Source of the DNA: Octopus sinensis
Taxonomy: Eukaryota
Assembly (NCBI RefSeq): GCF_006345805.1
Contig: NC_042998.1
Coordinates: 166,470,001 to 166,534,000, forward strand
Length of the DNA stretch: 64,000 nt
Direction of reading: 5' to 3'
Numbering within the stretch: position 1 is the first letter of the stretch; every line of letters begins with the position of its first letter. Under the pieces are notes generated by a model. The model saw only the letters and a list, made by a program, of their open reading frames with translations. It ran no database searches and was not told the DNA's origin. Positions 39,657 through 52,990 of the stretch are shown in pieces. Made by a program: the position numbers and the translations under genes.

Positions 39657-39788
39657 CAGACAGGTAGATAGACAGATAGATAGAGAGAGAGAGAGAGAGA
39701 GAGGGAGGGAGATAGATAGATAGAAGGATAGATAGATAGATAGATAGATAGATAGACAGACAGACATACAGACAGACAGACAGACAGC

Positions 39789-39875
<87 letters not shown>

Positions 39876-39935
39876 GTAGATAGATAGAGAGAGAAAGAGA
39901 GAGAGAGAGAGAGGAATAAGTAGGTAGGTAGGTAG
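39560..39935. repeat. Compound (GATA)n/(GACA)n/(GA)n microsatellite
   Basis: Direct tandem units. Confidence 0.95.
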
Positions 39936-41191
39936 AAACTTTACCTCTTGTTTAGCAAAGCTACCAATAGTTTCATATAAGGAATCTCTCAACGTTCCCT
40001 GCTACAGGGAATGTTGGTACTTCTATGAATTACTCACACACGCTTACACGAACACAAGAAAGTATGTTGTTGACGTCAAAAGTTCGACAGAACGTGAAAT
40101 AATTATCTTCCTTTTTTTGTTTTTTTCTTGTTTTTTTTTTCTTTTTTGTTTGTTTGTTTTTTGGGAATGTTGAATCCCAAAGTGAATAAAACTATAAATG
40201 ATAGCCCGGAAATATTGGTTTTAAAACGCCTCGGATAAAAATAGTTGAAGGCTTCCCGTGAACTCCAACACACATCTGTAAACATGACAGGCGTTCTACC
40301 ATCGGACCAACGCAATCTTTTGCACTTCTTTACCCTTTCTAGAAACACTTTCCTGAGTAGCAACAAATGTATATTGTTGGCATCGTAAGAAATTAAGCAT
40401 TTCGATACAACGTAAAATAATTCTTGTTTGGAATGATGGATTTCAAGGCAAATAAAGAGGTAAGCCCACGAACAGCCTTCGAAGAATTGTTTTTGTTTTT
40501 TTGACCCATTATTTGCACGCTATCATATACATCTTTATTGGCTTCAAGATCTACCGTTCCAAACAAGAAGGTATGTTTTTTTAATGCTTGTTTGACTAAG
40601 CTTCATAAATTCATTAATCTTTAGTTAAAGAAAGATATATGCATACGAAAACATGGATGAGTCTACTTCAATATATCATTAATTTGCTTTCATCGTGCTT
40701 GTTCTTAAAAAGGGTTTGCATTAATCAAAACTTGTAACGGGGGTTAAACGTACAAAGTACACACCCGCGCACGCACGCACACATACACACACACACACAC
40801 ACACGCACATACGCGTGTTCACACACGTACACACACTCGCACACATAACACACACGCTTGCACGTTTCGGTTTGGCTGAAATGGGAAGAAAAGTACACTC
40901 GAATGAAAAACACGGTAATACGATTTAATTTGGCTATATACTCACAGCTGTGTATATATTTGAATGTGGTTGTACGTACGCATGCACGCATGTATGTATG
41001 TATACATATATGTGTCTGTGTGTGTGTGTGTGTATGTGTGTGTGTGTGCCTGTGTGTGCATGTGCATGTGTATGCGTATCCACTTATGTGTATGTATATA
41101 AATATTTAAATGTTTACTCAAATTTCCTACACCGTTTCGGACATCTGGAATCATATATTTGCATTTGTGTGTGTTTGTGTGTGTGTGTGTG

Positions 41192-41226
<35 letters not shown>

Positions 41227-41619
41227 TGTGTGTGTGTATGTGTGTGTGTGTGTGTGTTTCCGCGTGCGTAAGCACCCTCATGCGCGAACACGCGAGTGTG
41301 TGTTTCTATATGTAAATGCGTATTTCTATGTATATGCGTGTTAGGTTCTGCATTGAAATGATCACCTGGGTTTCCTTTTAGCGCATACGCAATTCCGAAG
41401 ATTTCTGTGTGCATGTGTGTATTTGTGGGTCATCAAAGTAATTGTATTTAGCAGATCTATTGTACCACTGTGTAGGTATACTCACCAGTATAGAATCAAT
41501 GCAAATCCTGTTTCGCATACAAGTATAAAAATTATGCCAGTAGGTATATATATAAGCAACAAGATATATAATTTTTAAATTTCGTTTCTCCTTGTAGGAA
41601 TCGAAAGATAAAATAAATA

Positions 41620-42200
41620 TACTTTTCTAATCTAGGCACAAGGCCCGAAACTTTTGGAAAGAGGGCCAGTCGAATTAGATCGACCATAGTACGCAACTGG
41701 TACTTAATTTATCGACCCCGAAAGGATGAAAGGCAAAGTCGACCTCGGCGGAATTTGAACTCAAAACGTAACGGCAGATGAAATACCTATTTCTTTACTA
41801 CCTACAAGGGGCTAAGCACAGAGAGGACAAACAAGGATAGAAAAACGGATTAAGTCGATTACATCGACCCCAGTGCGTAACTGGTACTTAATTTATCGAC
41901 CCCGAAAGGATGAAAGGCAAAGTCGACCTCGGCGGAATTTGAACTCAGAACGTAACGGCAGACGAAATGCCTATTTCTTTACTGCGTACAAGAGGCTAAG
42001 CGCAGAGAGGACAAACAAGGACATACAAACGAATTAAGTCGATTACATCGACCCAGTGCGTAACTGGTACTTAATTTATCGACCCCGAAAGGATGAAAGG
42101 CAAAGTCGACCACGGCGGAATTTGAACTCAGAACGTAACGGCAGACAAAATACGGCTACGCATTTCGCCCGGCGTGCTAACGTTTCTGCCAGCTCGCCGC
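41620..42200 (-). mobile_element. Family B SINE trimer (one head, three bodies)
   Basis: Junctions at 41780 and 41964, period 184 bp. Confidence 0.9.
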
Positions 42201-42645
42201 TTTAAATAAAGTAAATATTGGGCTGCAAATAGAAGTGCTCAAGTAAAAAAACTGGGGCGAAAGACAAACGCAATAGTTACAAAATGAACATCAGAATTGG
42301 GTAAACAACTTTACATCATTCCCATAGTGTTTAACTATAATATATTTAATAGTTAATAGCTTAACTATCTTTTTTTTTATTATTATTTTCAGTTACCTTG
42401 CATTATATGCATTCATATTTTCTTCATGCATTTTCTTCATATGTTTTCATACGTATCGTTCTTTGCAGGTTTTTCACACGTTTCTATATGTGTTTAAATG
42501 TATATTCTTATACCTTCAGGTTTTGTGTGCTGAACGCCCTGGTATTTTAATATGTATTTATTTTTGTTCAACAGGGACGATATAAAGTTGTTTGCCCAAT
42601 TCTGGTGTTTATTTTTTAACCACTGAGTTGTATTTATATATATAT

Positions 42646-42703
<58 letters not shown>

Positions 42704-42803
42704 TGGGTAAGGTAGATGAGTCAGCAAAATTTAGATTCAGATGTATGTGGTACTTAACTTGAGGCACCAGAATTTAGTACGGTTTCAAAGTAAGGTGATT
42801 AAA

Positions 42804-42980
42804 ATCAAAATAAGCAACAAGGATATCCAGAGGTAATGCTGTACCATCGTTTCATGCAACTCCATTTAATTGAACTATGCAATCATTATATCAATTTCAA
42901 GTACATCTTTGTTCAATTAAATGGAGTAGCATGAAACGATCGTACTGCATTACCTCTGGATATCCTTGTAGCTTATTTTG

Positions 42981-42982
<2 letters not shown>
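42804..42982. mobile_element. Short MITE-like fold-back element
   Basis: About 72-bp arms ATCAAAATAAGC...TTAATTGAAC / GTTCAATTAA...GCTTATTTTGAT; same family as 49384-49769. Confidence 0.8.
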
Positions 42983-43026
<44 letters not shown>

Positions 43027-43139
43027 TGTGTACGTACGTACGTACGTATGTATGTATGTATGTATGTATGTATGTATGTATGTATGTATGTATGTATGCA
43101 TATATGTATGTATGTATACATAGTCAGTTCAAATAAACA

Positions 43140-43345
43140 AACGATTGAAATTTTTTTTTAAAAAAACCAAAAAAATTGAACGTGAGGACGTGTACAAGAA
43201 ATGTATAAGCTTGACATTCGGTGAAAGGAGAGAGTTTGACGTTTCGAGCATAGCTTTTCGTCGGAAAGCAGGAAAGAAAATGTCCAAAGATGGAGAAGAA
43301 ATCGCCAACGGCACACGTGTAGTTGCATTGCATGGATAAAATGTT
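43140..43345 (-). mobile_element. Penelope-like pseudo-LTR fragment with hammerhead relic at 43234-43268
   Basis: CTTT-CCGACGA-A-AAGC(TAT)GCTC-GAAAC-GTC-AAAC; shares flanking motifs GTTGGCGATTT and CACGTCCTC with 26232-26520. Confidence 0.55.
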
Positions 43346-43820
43346 CGATATGCAATCATGTAGTTCTACTGTCGATTCTACTGCAAGATATGCTTTGCTA
43401 GATGTGCTTACCATAGAATCTGGCTCGTCTTGCGAGTGAAATTTAGTAGTTGGCAGATTCAAGATTAGCGGTTCGTTCAGATGTCTAGAAGAACTGTTTT
43501 CTGACTATGCATAATTATTTAATCACTCAGTTAATCGATTAACTGATGAAACAGTTAATCCTTAACCATTCTCTTCTGACCCTGCATTTTTCAATAATTA
43601 ATTATGTATAGAAAGCAATAAATAGGGTAGTATCAATACTTTATGTCAATCGAAACGTTCGTACCTTTGTATAAATTTATATAAGAAACTCTTCGTCTTC
43701 ATTTTTTTTTTAATTTGCCTGATTTGCTACCATTAACGCACCAAGAAATCGATTGCTGATTAACCACGGATTTAAAGTTTGTGTGAATAGCCTGGAGGAT
43801 TTAGCCGATAAACTTCTATT

Positions 43821-44145
43821 TCGGTTACGACGACGTGGGTTCCAGTTGATCCAATCAACGAAACAGCCTGGTCATGAAATGAGTAGTGCTGTGGAGTACT
43901 AAGCTTGCTGAGCACTCCACAGACACGCGTACCTTTAATGTAGTTTTCAGGGAGATCCAGCGGGACACAGAATGTGACAAGGCGGGCCCTTTGAAACACA
44001 GGCACAACTATTTTTTTTGCCAGCTGAGTGGATTGGAGCAACATGAAATAAAGTGTCTTGCTCAAAGACACAATGCGCAGCCAGGAATCGAACTCACGAC
44101 CTTACGATCGTGAGCTGAATACCCTAACCGCTAAGCCACTCGCCT
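43821..44145 (-). mobile_element. Chimeric SINE: family D head with family A tail
   Basis: Same architecture as 17876-18187. Confidence 0.75.
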
Positions 44146-44251
44146 ATACAGATTCCTGTTTTCCTCACTTGACATTCTGACATTCTGTTAGCCTGACTTT
44201 TTTGGCATGGAGCGCTGACAGAGATATTCGCCTCGATTTCTTCAATTTTAC

Positions 44252-44287
<36 letters not shown>

Positions 44288-44441
44288 GTGTGTGTGTGCA
44301 TGAAAGAGAACTTGCTTCCATTTGAGTGTGTATTATAATATCCGTGTATGTTTCTCTTTGTTTTTGTATATATAACCAATATATGTAATGACATATACGA
44401 ATGCACACAATTTGATTCACCCATACGATCACACATTCACA

Positions 44442-44509
44442 CATACATCTACACATACCTACATACGCATATATGGGTATCTATGTTTATAAAACTTTTA
44501 CAAACACAC

Positions 44510-44573
<64 letters not shown>

Positions 44574-44590
44574 ATGTATATATATGTATA

Positions 44591-44636
<46 letters not shown>

Positions 44637-44796
44637 TATATATACATATATACACACACACACCACATATATATATAATATATATATATATATATTATAT
44701 ATATATATACATATATATATAACACACATGTGTGTTTGTAAACGTTTTATAAACATAAATACCCTATATGCGTATGTAGGTATGTGTAGATGTATG
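44442..44796. repeat. Inverted repeat with about 73-bp arms around a TA/CA microsatellite
   Basis: 44442-44515 pairs with 44724-44796. Confidence 0.9.
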
Positions 44797-44806
44797 TATG
44801 AAATCT

Positions 44807-44859
<53 letters not shown>

Positions 44860-45486
44860 ACACACACAAGCACAGAAACCTACATACATACTTTCTTAGA
44901 TTTCACCCTTCGGTGCCACTTCCGTATTTCAACTACTTTTTTTTTACTTCCTTTCAGTACACGTGTTCAAATCTCCGTGCCAATCGCCCCTTGTGACCTT
45001 AAATATCCAACCAGAAGTCGTTTCGCAATACTGTCAACATATTCACATAATTTGATCGCTTGATCTGTTTACTTATTAATTTTCTGTGTTATTTTTATTT
45101 TTGTTTTATTTGGGCATAATCAGACATCAAGAATTGAAGTTGAATTCTAGTGGTTATTTCGTATTTTAACTCGATTTCTGCGATATGTTATGAAGAGTTT
45201 TAGTGGGTGGCACTCTTCATGCGATATGATCTCTCTCACCATCTCTCTATGTATGTATGCATATATGTATATATGAATGTATGTTGCTTTAGTGATGCAA
45301 ACTGGAAAATTAAAAGTCAAAACATGAGAATAATGAGTATAAGTATATTTTTTATTAATATTTAGGGGAAATAAGGCTGTGAGCTGGCAGTATCATTAGC
45401 ATGCCGAGTAGAACGAGGCATTTCCTCCCCCCATCTTTACGTTCTAAGTTCAAATGTCGCCGAGACCTATTTTTCCTTCCAGAGTC

Positions 45487-45803
45487 GATAACATTCGTAT
45501 CAGTTGAGGACTAGGGTCGATCTAATCGACTTATCCCTTTCCCGAATTTGCTGGCCTTGTGCCAAAATTTGAAACCAATATGAAGCATGGCGGTGAGCAA
45601 GGCGCCCGGAATAGCTGGTTTAGCACCAACATTTGAAATCAATACGATAAAATTCGTATCAGTTGAGGACTAGGGTCGATCTAATCGACTTATCCCTTTC
45701 CCGAATTTGCTGGCCTTGTGCCAAAATTTGAAACCAATATGAAGCATGGCGGCGAGCATGGGGCCCGGAATAGCTGGTTTAGCACCAACATTTGAAATCA
45801 ATA
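45487..45803. repeat. Tandem duplication, period 159 bp, of a SINE tail plus flank
   Basis: ATTCGTATCAGTTGAGGACTAGGG starts at 45493 and 45652; few mismatches. Confidence 0.95.
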
Positions 45804-46280
45804 TTTAGTAGAGGTAGCAGAGTGCCTCAAATTCCGAGAGTTATGTGCGTTGGATGCTGGTCTTTGAGAAAACACAAACTGTATATTCTAGTATGAAAGA
45901 TTGCTTGAGAACACAAGGCTCACCATACAAGCCTGTTATTTTTATTGTGCCCTCACATGAAGCTAATAGCAGCTCGAATTCAATACTGTCTATAATAAAC
46001 GATGTTTATCTCTCACGGGTTGGAGTACCTTTTTCATTTATTCCACCAATACCGGAAGAGTCAATTACACACACACACGCACATATACACACATACACAC
46101 ACGCATATATATATATATATATAGTAATAACAAGAACTGGGATGGAAATTCGTAAGACCTTTAATGCATTGCTACGTACGTTTCCACAAAACTAATGCTT
46201 TGATTGTTGTATTTTCCATCCAAAGGATATTACAAATATAATTTACAAAATCCGTGTCTTTGTTTCGCTTGTGTGTGTGC

Positions 46281-46538
46281 GGCGGCGTTTGGGTGTTCAG
46301 CTTTTGCCGAACGACCTGCACAAAGGTTGTGTTTATAGTGATTTACTTATAGTTCATGCCACACATTAGCTCTCCTTCAAATCGAGGTTGTCTGAACGGT
46401 GCATGGTTTACTACGCCTCAGGTGTCGAAGTGATCGCAAAGCAACGTGAGATGAAGTCTTTTGCTCAAGAACACAATGCACCACCTGGTCTAGGAGTTGA
46501 AATTACAATCGCTAGAGCAACGCTCTAACCACTAAGCC
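46281..46538 (-). mobile_element. Family E SINE
   Basis: Reverse complement of 1230-1490 with remnant head GGCTTAGTGGTTAGAGCG. Confidence 0.65.
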
Positions 46539-47203
46539 TTATAAATATGTATATATATATATATGTTCCCCCCTCACATTTCCTGACCTTCTCTTCATGC
46601 TCACTTTCCTTCTTCTTTCACTTCACTGTGTCCCTTTCATTTTTTCTCACTCTTCCTTAATTATTCTATCCCTCTGCATCTACCTCTCTGTCTTCTCTCT
46701 TCCTACGTGACCGGTGTTTGGCCAAGCCTGACCTTTCTTTCTTGGTTCGACTACCATCCGTGCAAAATCTATATTCCTCCCTGTGCTTGTCAAATTTTAT
46801 GTTCCTGCCGTAAAGCTTTACTTCCACACACACACACACCAGCTTAATTTAATTCGTCCTTAATCGAAAGACACCTGTTGTTATGTCCCGTTATTTGCAT
46901 TTGTATTTGTGTAACATTTCTCCGTTTCTTTTCGTCCTTGTTTTCGTATACATTCGCTGCTACCTTCCAAGGAATCTAATGTTCTTAGTTTAGTTTTTTT
47001 TCTTTGGGGTTGGCCAGATTGGAGCAATCTCGAGTATAACCAGCCGAAATTGCAAAGACAACCTGGAACTTGACTGAGGATAGAAAACTCCAAATGAATG
47101 ACCCGTCCTTGTTTTCTTATATCGTCTGTATGGATGTTTTGTTGTCCCTTTTTGTATCACCTAACTGTCCATATATTTGCGTTCGGTCCCATTTTTGTAT
47201 CTG

Positions 47204-47305
<102 letters not shown>

Positions 47306-47975
47306 AAATTATATATGTATGTGTGTGTGTGTGTATATGTATATAGAAGAGTGAGGGGGAAGAAAGCGGGAGAAAGAGAGAGAGAGCAACTTGTTTGTCT
47401 ACTCTAAGATTTTCACCATGATTAAATACAGGGAATGAACTGTTGGTTCTGGTTGAATAGTGGACAGACTGGGGGAAGAAGAATATTTTTATTTACATTT
47501 CATTTTTTTTTTAATTATTGCAATGGAAGAAATAGGATGGAGTCTAAAAGCGGAGTCAGTGAGGCTGAAAACGGTCTATACGGAAATATTCACATAATTT
47601 GTTCATCACTATTAGCTACAATAGCATTATGGTAATATCTGCTATGAACACTATTCGAAATATTAAGAGAATATGGTTTGGGGGTAAGAGGAAGACCAGG
47701 AAAAGAAACAACCCTACAGCAACAGCGAATACGGAAAATAAAAATATTAAAAAGATTCCAGTAATAATCATGGATCACAAGGAAAGGTTAACGTGCAAGA
47801 TAACCAACCAAATAATACAAATAGCAATGCTGGCTCAAAGAATTGCAAGGAAACATGTAAGCTGTGAAGAAATCCAAAATCCTCAAACCAGTTCAGAAAT
47901 AGACCCAATGCAATTTTGTCAACACATTCCAAGTGTTACACGTTCCAGTCTTACGCATATTTATGTGTGTATGTA

Positions 47976-48065
<90 letters not shown>

Positions 48066-48093
48066 ACTAACTAACTAACTAACTAACTAACTG

Positions 48094-48171
<78 letters not shown>

Positions 48172-48177
48172 CTCTCA

Positions 48178-48245
<68 letters not shown>

Positions 48246-48534
48246 CATAATTATTTCTTATATAGCGTGAAAACCTCATAAGAGAAAAAAACCTCATAAG
48301 AATTGTCATATATATATATATATATGTACGAATGCATACGTATATATGCTTTGTATGTATATATGTATATATGTATGTATACGAATGCATACTTACATAG
48401 GCTTTGTATGTATGTATATATATATGTATATATATATATACTCCTTTTCCTCTTCTTTCCTGAGCGTCCAATAATACTATATCTGTTCCACGTCCTCGCG
48501 TTGTTGTGTTTTTTGTGCTTTCTTGTTTGGATTA

Positions 48535-48589
<55 letters not shown>

Positions 48590-48590
48590 A

Positions 48591-48626
48591 TCTTTATATA
48601 TATAAAACTGAGAATGTGTGTGTGTG

Positions 48627-48669
<43 letters not shown>

Positions 48670-49330
48670 TTCCCTAAAACTTGAGAACTACACAACCAAT
48701 TTCATTCAAATTTTACACATGCCTTACTTAGGTGTCCATATAGTTTCATGTGCAAAAAAATGTTCAACTTCTTGCCTAGAGTGAGCCCATAGCAATATCA
48801 TATCTTCTCCACTATTTCAGTATTACGTGTTAAAAGTGAAACAAAAATATTTCTCTATTTTATGTCAGATGCTTTCACTTTAACAAAAAAAATAATAACA
48901 ATTGAATTATATGTAGTAAGTAATAATTAAAATCAAACTAAAGTATAATATAATCGTAACATAACAAAAGTAAAACTAGCAATTGGTATAAAATTGCATC
49001 AATGATTAGAAGTTGAATAAGTAGTTTCACATGAATGGGAATAAATTAAAAATATAATTAGCGTGCAGAAATGGAATAGTCCAGATGGATAATAAAAAAT
49101 TAAATTAAAGAAAAGACTATTGTCTATAAAGTATACAATGTAGAGAAAAAAGAAGAGCTAACAATTCCAGTTTGTTATATATTTTGAGTATTGTTATCAC
49201 TAGCGACATCAAATATAACTATGTATTTTGCATTTTATGTTAGATATATATATATAGATGTACATGTAATATGTACACATATATACATGCACTAGCACTA
49301 TGACCCGGCAACGACGGGTCTTAATGCTAG
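48591..49330 (+). mobile_element. Non-autonomous Helitron
   Basis: Starts TC after host A (48590); 5' TCTTTATATATATAAA then (TG)n/(TCTG)n; 3' hairpin GACCCG-GCAACGA-CGGGTC (49302-49320), then CTAG (49327-49330) and host T; no TSD. Confidence 0.85.
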
Positions 49331-49333
49331 TAT

Positions 49334-49383
<50 letters not shown>

Positions 49384-49387
<4 letters not shown>

Positions 49388-49769
49388 CAAAATAAGCAGC
49401 AGGATATCAAATAGTGATGCAGTATGACCGTTTCAATCAGCTCCATTTAATTGAACAATGCAATTGAACATCAATTTACATGCAGTGCCACCCTCAGCAG
49501 CACAAATAAATAAATAGAATTTTAACAAGTAGGACACATTAATAAAATTCTTCTCAACAATAGCGACAACATGCATTTCTTCCATCTTTTTGTTCTGTTA
49601 AAATATTTATGAAAAATTATATATAACTTGGTAAAATTCTATTTATTTGTGCAGCTGAGGATGGCACTGCATTTAAATTGATGTAATGATTGCATTGTTC
49701 AATGAAATGGAGCCGCTTGAAACGGTCGTATTGCATCACTACTTGATATCCGGTTGCTTATTTTGATTT
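49384..49769. mobile_element. MITE-like element with about 145-bp imperfect TIRs
   Basis: AAATCAAAATAAGC... / ...GCTTATTTTGATTT; longer relative of 42804-42982. Confidence 0.8.
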
Positions 49770-50609
49770 TATTCACATTACTTCGAGCTGTGCGGATAAT
49801 ACCGGACTGACTTGGTGCTTCAACTTCAGTACCTAATTCAACTGAATCTCAATTATGTATATATATATACGTCTGTGTGTGCGTGTATGTGTGTATCTAT
49901 GAGTAGACATACATACGTACATATTTATTCACACACATATGCAAATAGTTCCTTATGTTATTAATGCTCACACACGTGAAAAAGTGTCTTTGTATTTTGT
50001 TTTTGTTTTTATAAGACGCACTGCTTCCTTAACTGTTGTTTGGTTGTTAGAGAAACGTTGTCATCTATGTGTTACCACCCACAGATACGCCATACACATT
50101 CACTCAAACAGCTACATGTAAATATTGTATATCTCCCATGTTAATTCCATTCCTAACCCACTCTTACAGTGTTAGTAAAAAAACATTGACGCATGCACGC
50201 ACACACACTCATACACACACACACACGCACACATAAACACGTACACATGCAATCGCATGATTAATATAACATACAAAATATATACGTTAGTATAAATGCA
50301 AGCACATACATAGAAACATATATACACGCAACACGCGTTCATTTATTACGCAGACAATATGTTCAAACACCAGATACGGAACGATATTTAAACTAGCGCG
50401 AGCATATAATACACGTGATAAAGAGGTCCTAAACTGAAGAACAAAATATTTCTTCTAATTTGGTTATTTTTGTGTAATTACAATACATAGTTAGGATGCT
50501 CAATTAACAATTGCAAGATCATGGTTTTAATACCCATACTACAGTGTGATGAAGCGAATTGTGATCAGCGGAGTATGACAACATCGGACAGTCTAGTTGA
50601 TATAGTGAT

Positions 50610-50671
<62 letters not shown>

Positions 50672-51254
50672 CATACATACATACATACATACATACATAC
50701 ATACATACATACATACATACATAGATTGATAGTCAGACAGACAGACAGATAGACAGATAGACAGACAGACTGACAGAGAGGTAGACAGGCAGACAGACAG
50801 ATATTTTCATGAATCTATATACAATATATATAAATCAGCTCGAAATATGGAGGTGATCGAAATAAATGCAAACGTTCCACTTCTTATTTTTCCTAACGCT
50901 AGCTATTTACCTCCTCGCAAGACATTTAAAACCCTAAAAAAAATGGTGGCTTAGATGTAGTAAATAATGTGACGAAATTGAATGAGTAGATCTTTCCTCT
51001 ATAGAAGCCAATTTAATTCGTATCAAATCCTAAAACATACAGTTTAAATACCAAAACATAAGGAAAATTCATTAATATATAGTATCGTAATCTGAACAAC
51101 AAAAATCCACGATAAATATGTTGTAAATTTCTTTTTGTATTCTAATGTTGAAAATGTGACTTTTAAACTGAGTCTTGCTTTTTTCAGTTAAAGTTTTGCT
51201 CAATTGTAATAGAAACTATATGATAAAATATTTATCACAATCGCGATGTATATT

Positions 51255-51830
51255 TACTCCCTCTGTATACTTTAGTGTGGACAGGATGATTTGGTGTCGA
51301 AAATGTCGTGCGTTTGTGGAACTGACAAGCCGCAAAGACAGCGAAATGCGCATCTACTGCAATCACAGTAGCTTCCAAAGTGATTCCCTTTCATCTAATT
51401 GCATTTTTAACGCAATATGTCTATAAAGGTATCTTTTCTCGGACAAAAATTGCAGCTACTGGCCTTTCTACGATATACATCCGTTAAGCATCTCATATAG
51501 ATATAGATTTTAAATTCGAGCTACTTCTAAGGCAAAATTTAGATTTTATTCAGCCTAGTGGCATCTCTGCAACTACAGTTAATTCTTTATTCATTGTCTC
51601 TATATACTTTAGATTGGCTAGGAAGGTTTCGTGTCGGAAGCGACGATGAGCGTATTACTAACAAGTTGCTAAAACGGTGAAATGTGTATCTGTCACTCTG
51701 CAGTCAATTCCAGGTTGATTTCGTTTCGTCTAGTTCTGAAGTACATTGCTTTTAACACAAAACGTCTATGAGTGAATTTTGTATCAGATGAACACTGCAG
51801 CAACTGGCTTTTCTACAATGTACACATGCT
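51255..51830. repeat. Diverged tandem duplication, period about 340 bp
   Basis: CTCTGTATACTTTAGTGTGGACAGGA vs CTCTATATACTTTAGATTGGCTAGGA; TGCAGCTACTGGCCTTTCTAC vs TGCAGCAACTGGCTTTTCTAC. Confidence 0.7.
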
Positions 51831-52607
51831 ACGGAATTCATATAAAGATATTACGTACATATTTAAAAATTCTCATTTGATGTCATGAGAATGTTTGTTA
51901 TAATACACCGTTCAACCGGATCTATTTAACTATTTTGATACCATCTCGTATGTGACAGCTACTGTGTCTGCGATGCAAACTTTCTATTCTAATGTGAATT
52001 AAATCCCACATCGTAATTTCATGTTAATTTATTTAATCCAAATATAAATTTAATACGGTGGTGCCCCAGCATGGCCACGGCCTTAGGGCTGAAGTGTATA
52101 CAAGGATAAAATAGTTAGTTTCAAAAGTAATTAAAACAAAAGCTATTTATTTCAACAGAAATATAATAACAAAAGAGTCGCGGAAATAAATTTGTAATAG
52201 CCCGAATTATGTAGGAACTTAGCAAAATAATTGCTTATCAGACTTTGAATCCTTATAATTTCCTGTTACTTGATCATGTTTTCAGATACTTAAATAATTA
52301 ACAATAAAAAAAATTCATCATCATCATCATCATCGTTGTCGTCGTCCACTTTTAACGTCCAATTTTCCTTGCTGGCATGCGTCAGATAGAATTCATTGCT
52401 GCAGATTTTCTATAACAGTGTATATCAATTGAAAGTTTGTTAACAACTGTTTTAATTAGAATTCGACAAAAACGAAAGAAACCTCTTTATTCACCGCTAA
52501 TGTGATTGTAATAATTTTTAAAATTTTAAATGTATTCAATCTCAAAGTCACTCAGATTATTTCATCGATCTTAAAACCGTTGTTAAAGGCAGTATAGTAT
52601 AACTTTA

Positions 52608-52990
52608 GGAGGCGCAATGGCCCAGTGGTTAGGGCAGCGGACTCGCGGTCATAGGATCGCGGTTTCGATTCCCAGACCGGGCGTTGTGAGTGTTTATTGA
52701 GCGAAAACACCTAAAGCTCCACGAGGCTCCGGCAGGGGATGGTGGTGATCCCTGCTGTACTCTTTCACCACAACTTTCTCTCACTCTTACTTCCTGTTTC
52801 TGTTGTACCTGTATTTCAAAGGGCCGGCCTTGTCACCGTCTGTGTCACGCTGAATATCCCCGAGAACTACGTTAAGTGTACACGTGTCTGTGGAGTGCTC
52901 AGCCACTTACACGTTAATTTCACGAGCAGGCTGTTCCGTTGATTCGAATCAACCGGAACCCTCGTCGTCGTAACCGACGGAGTGCTTCTC
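52608..52990 (+). mobile_element. Full-length family A SINE with 12-bp TSD
   Basis: AGTATAACTTTA at 52596-52607 and 52991-53002. Confidence 0.9.

Noticed and set aside
44905-44990. ETS-like CACTTCCG and CCAAT motifs suggesting a promoter
   Set aside because: Short motifs without CpG-island or TSS evidence; not distinguishable from chance
47069-47100. CTGAGGA followed by a short stem, a possible hammerhead
   Set aside because: No GAAA box or cleavage triplet at the required position
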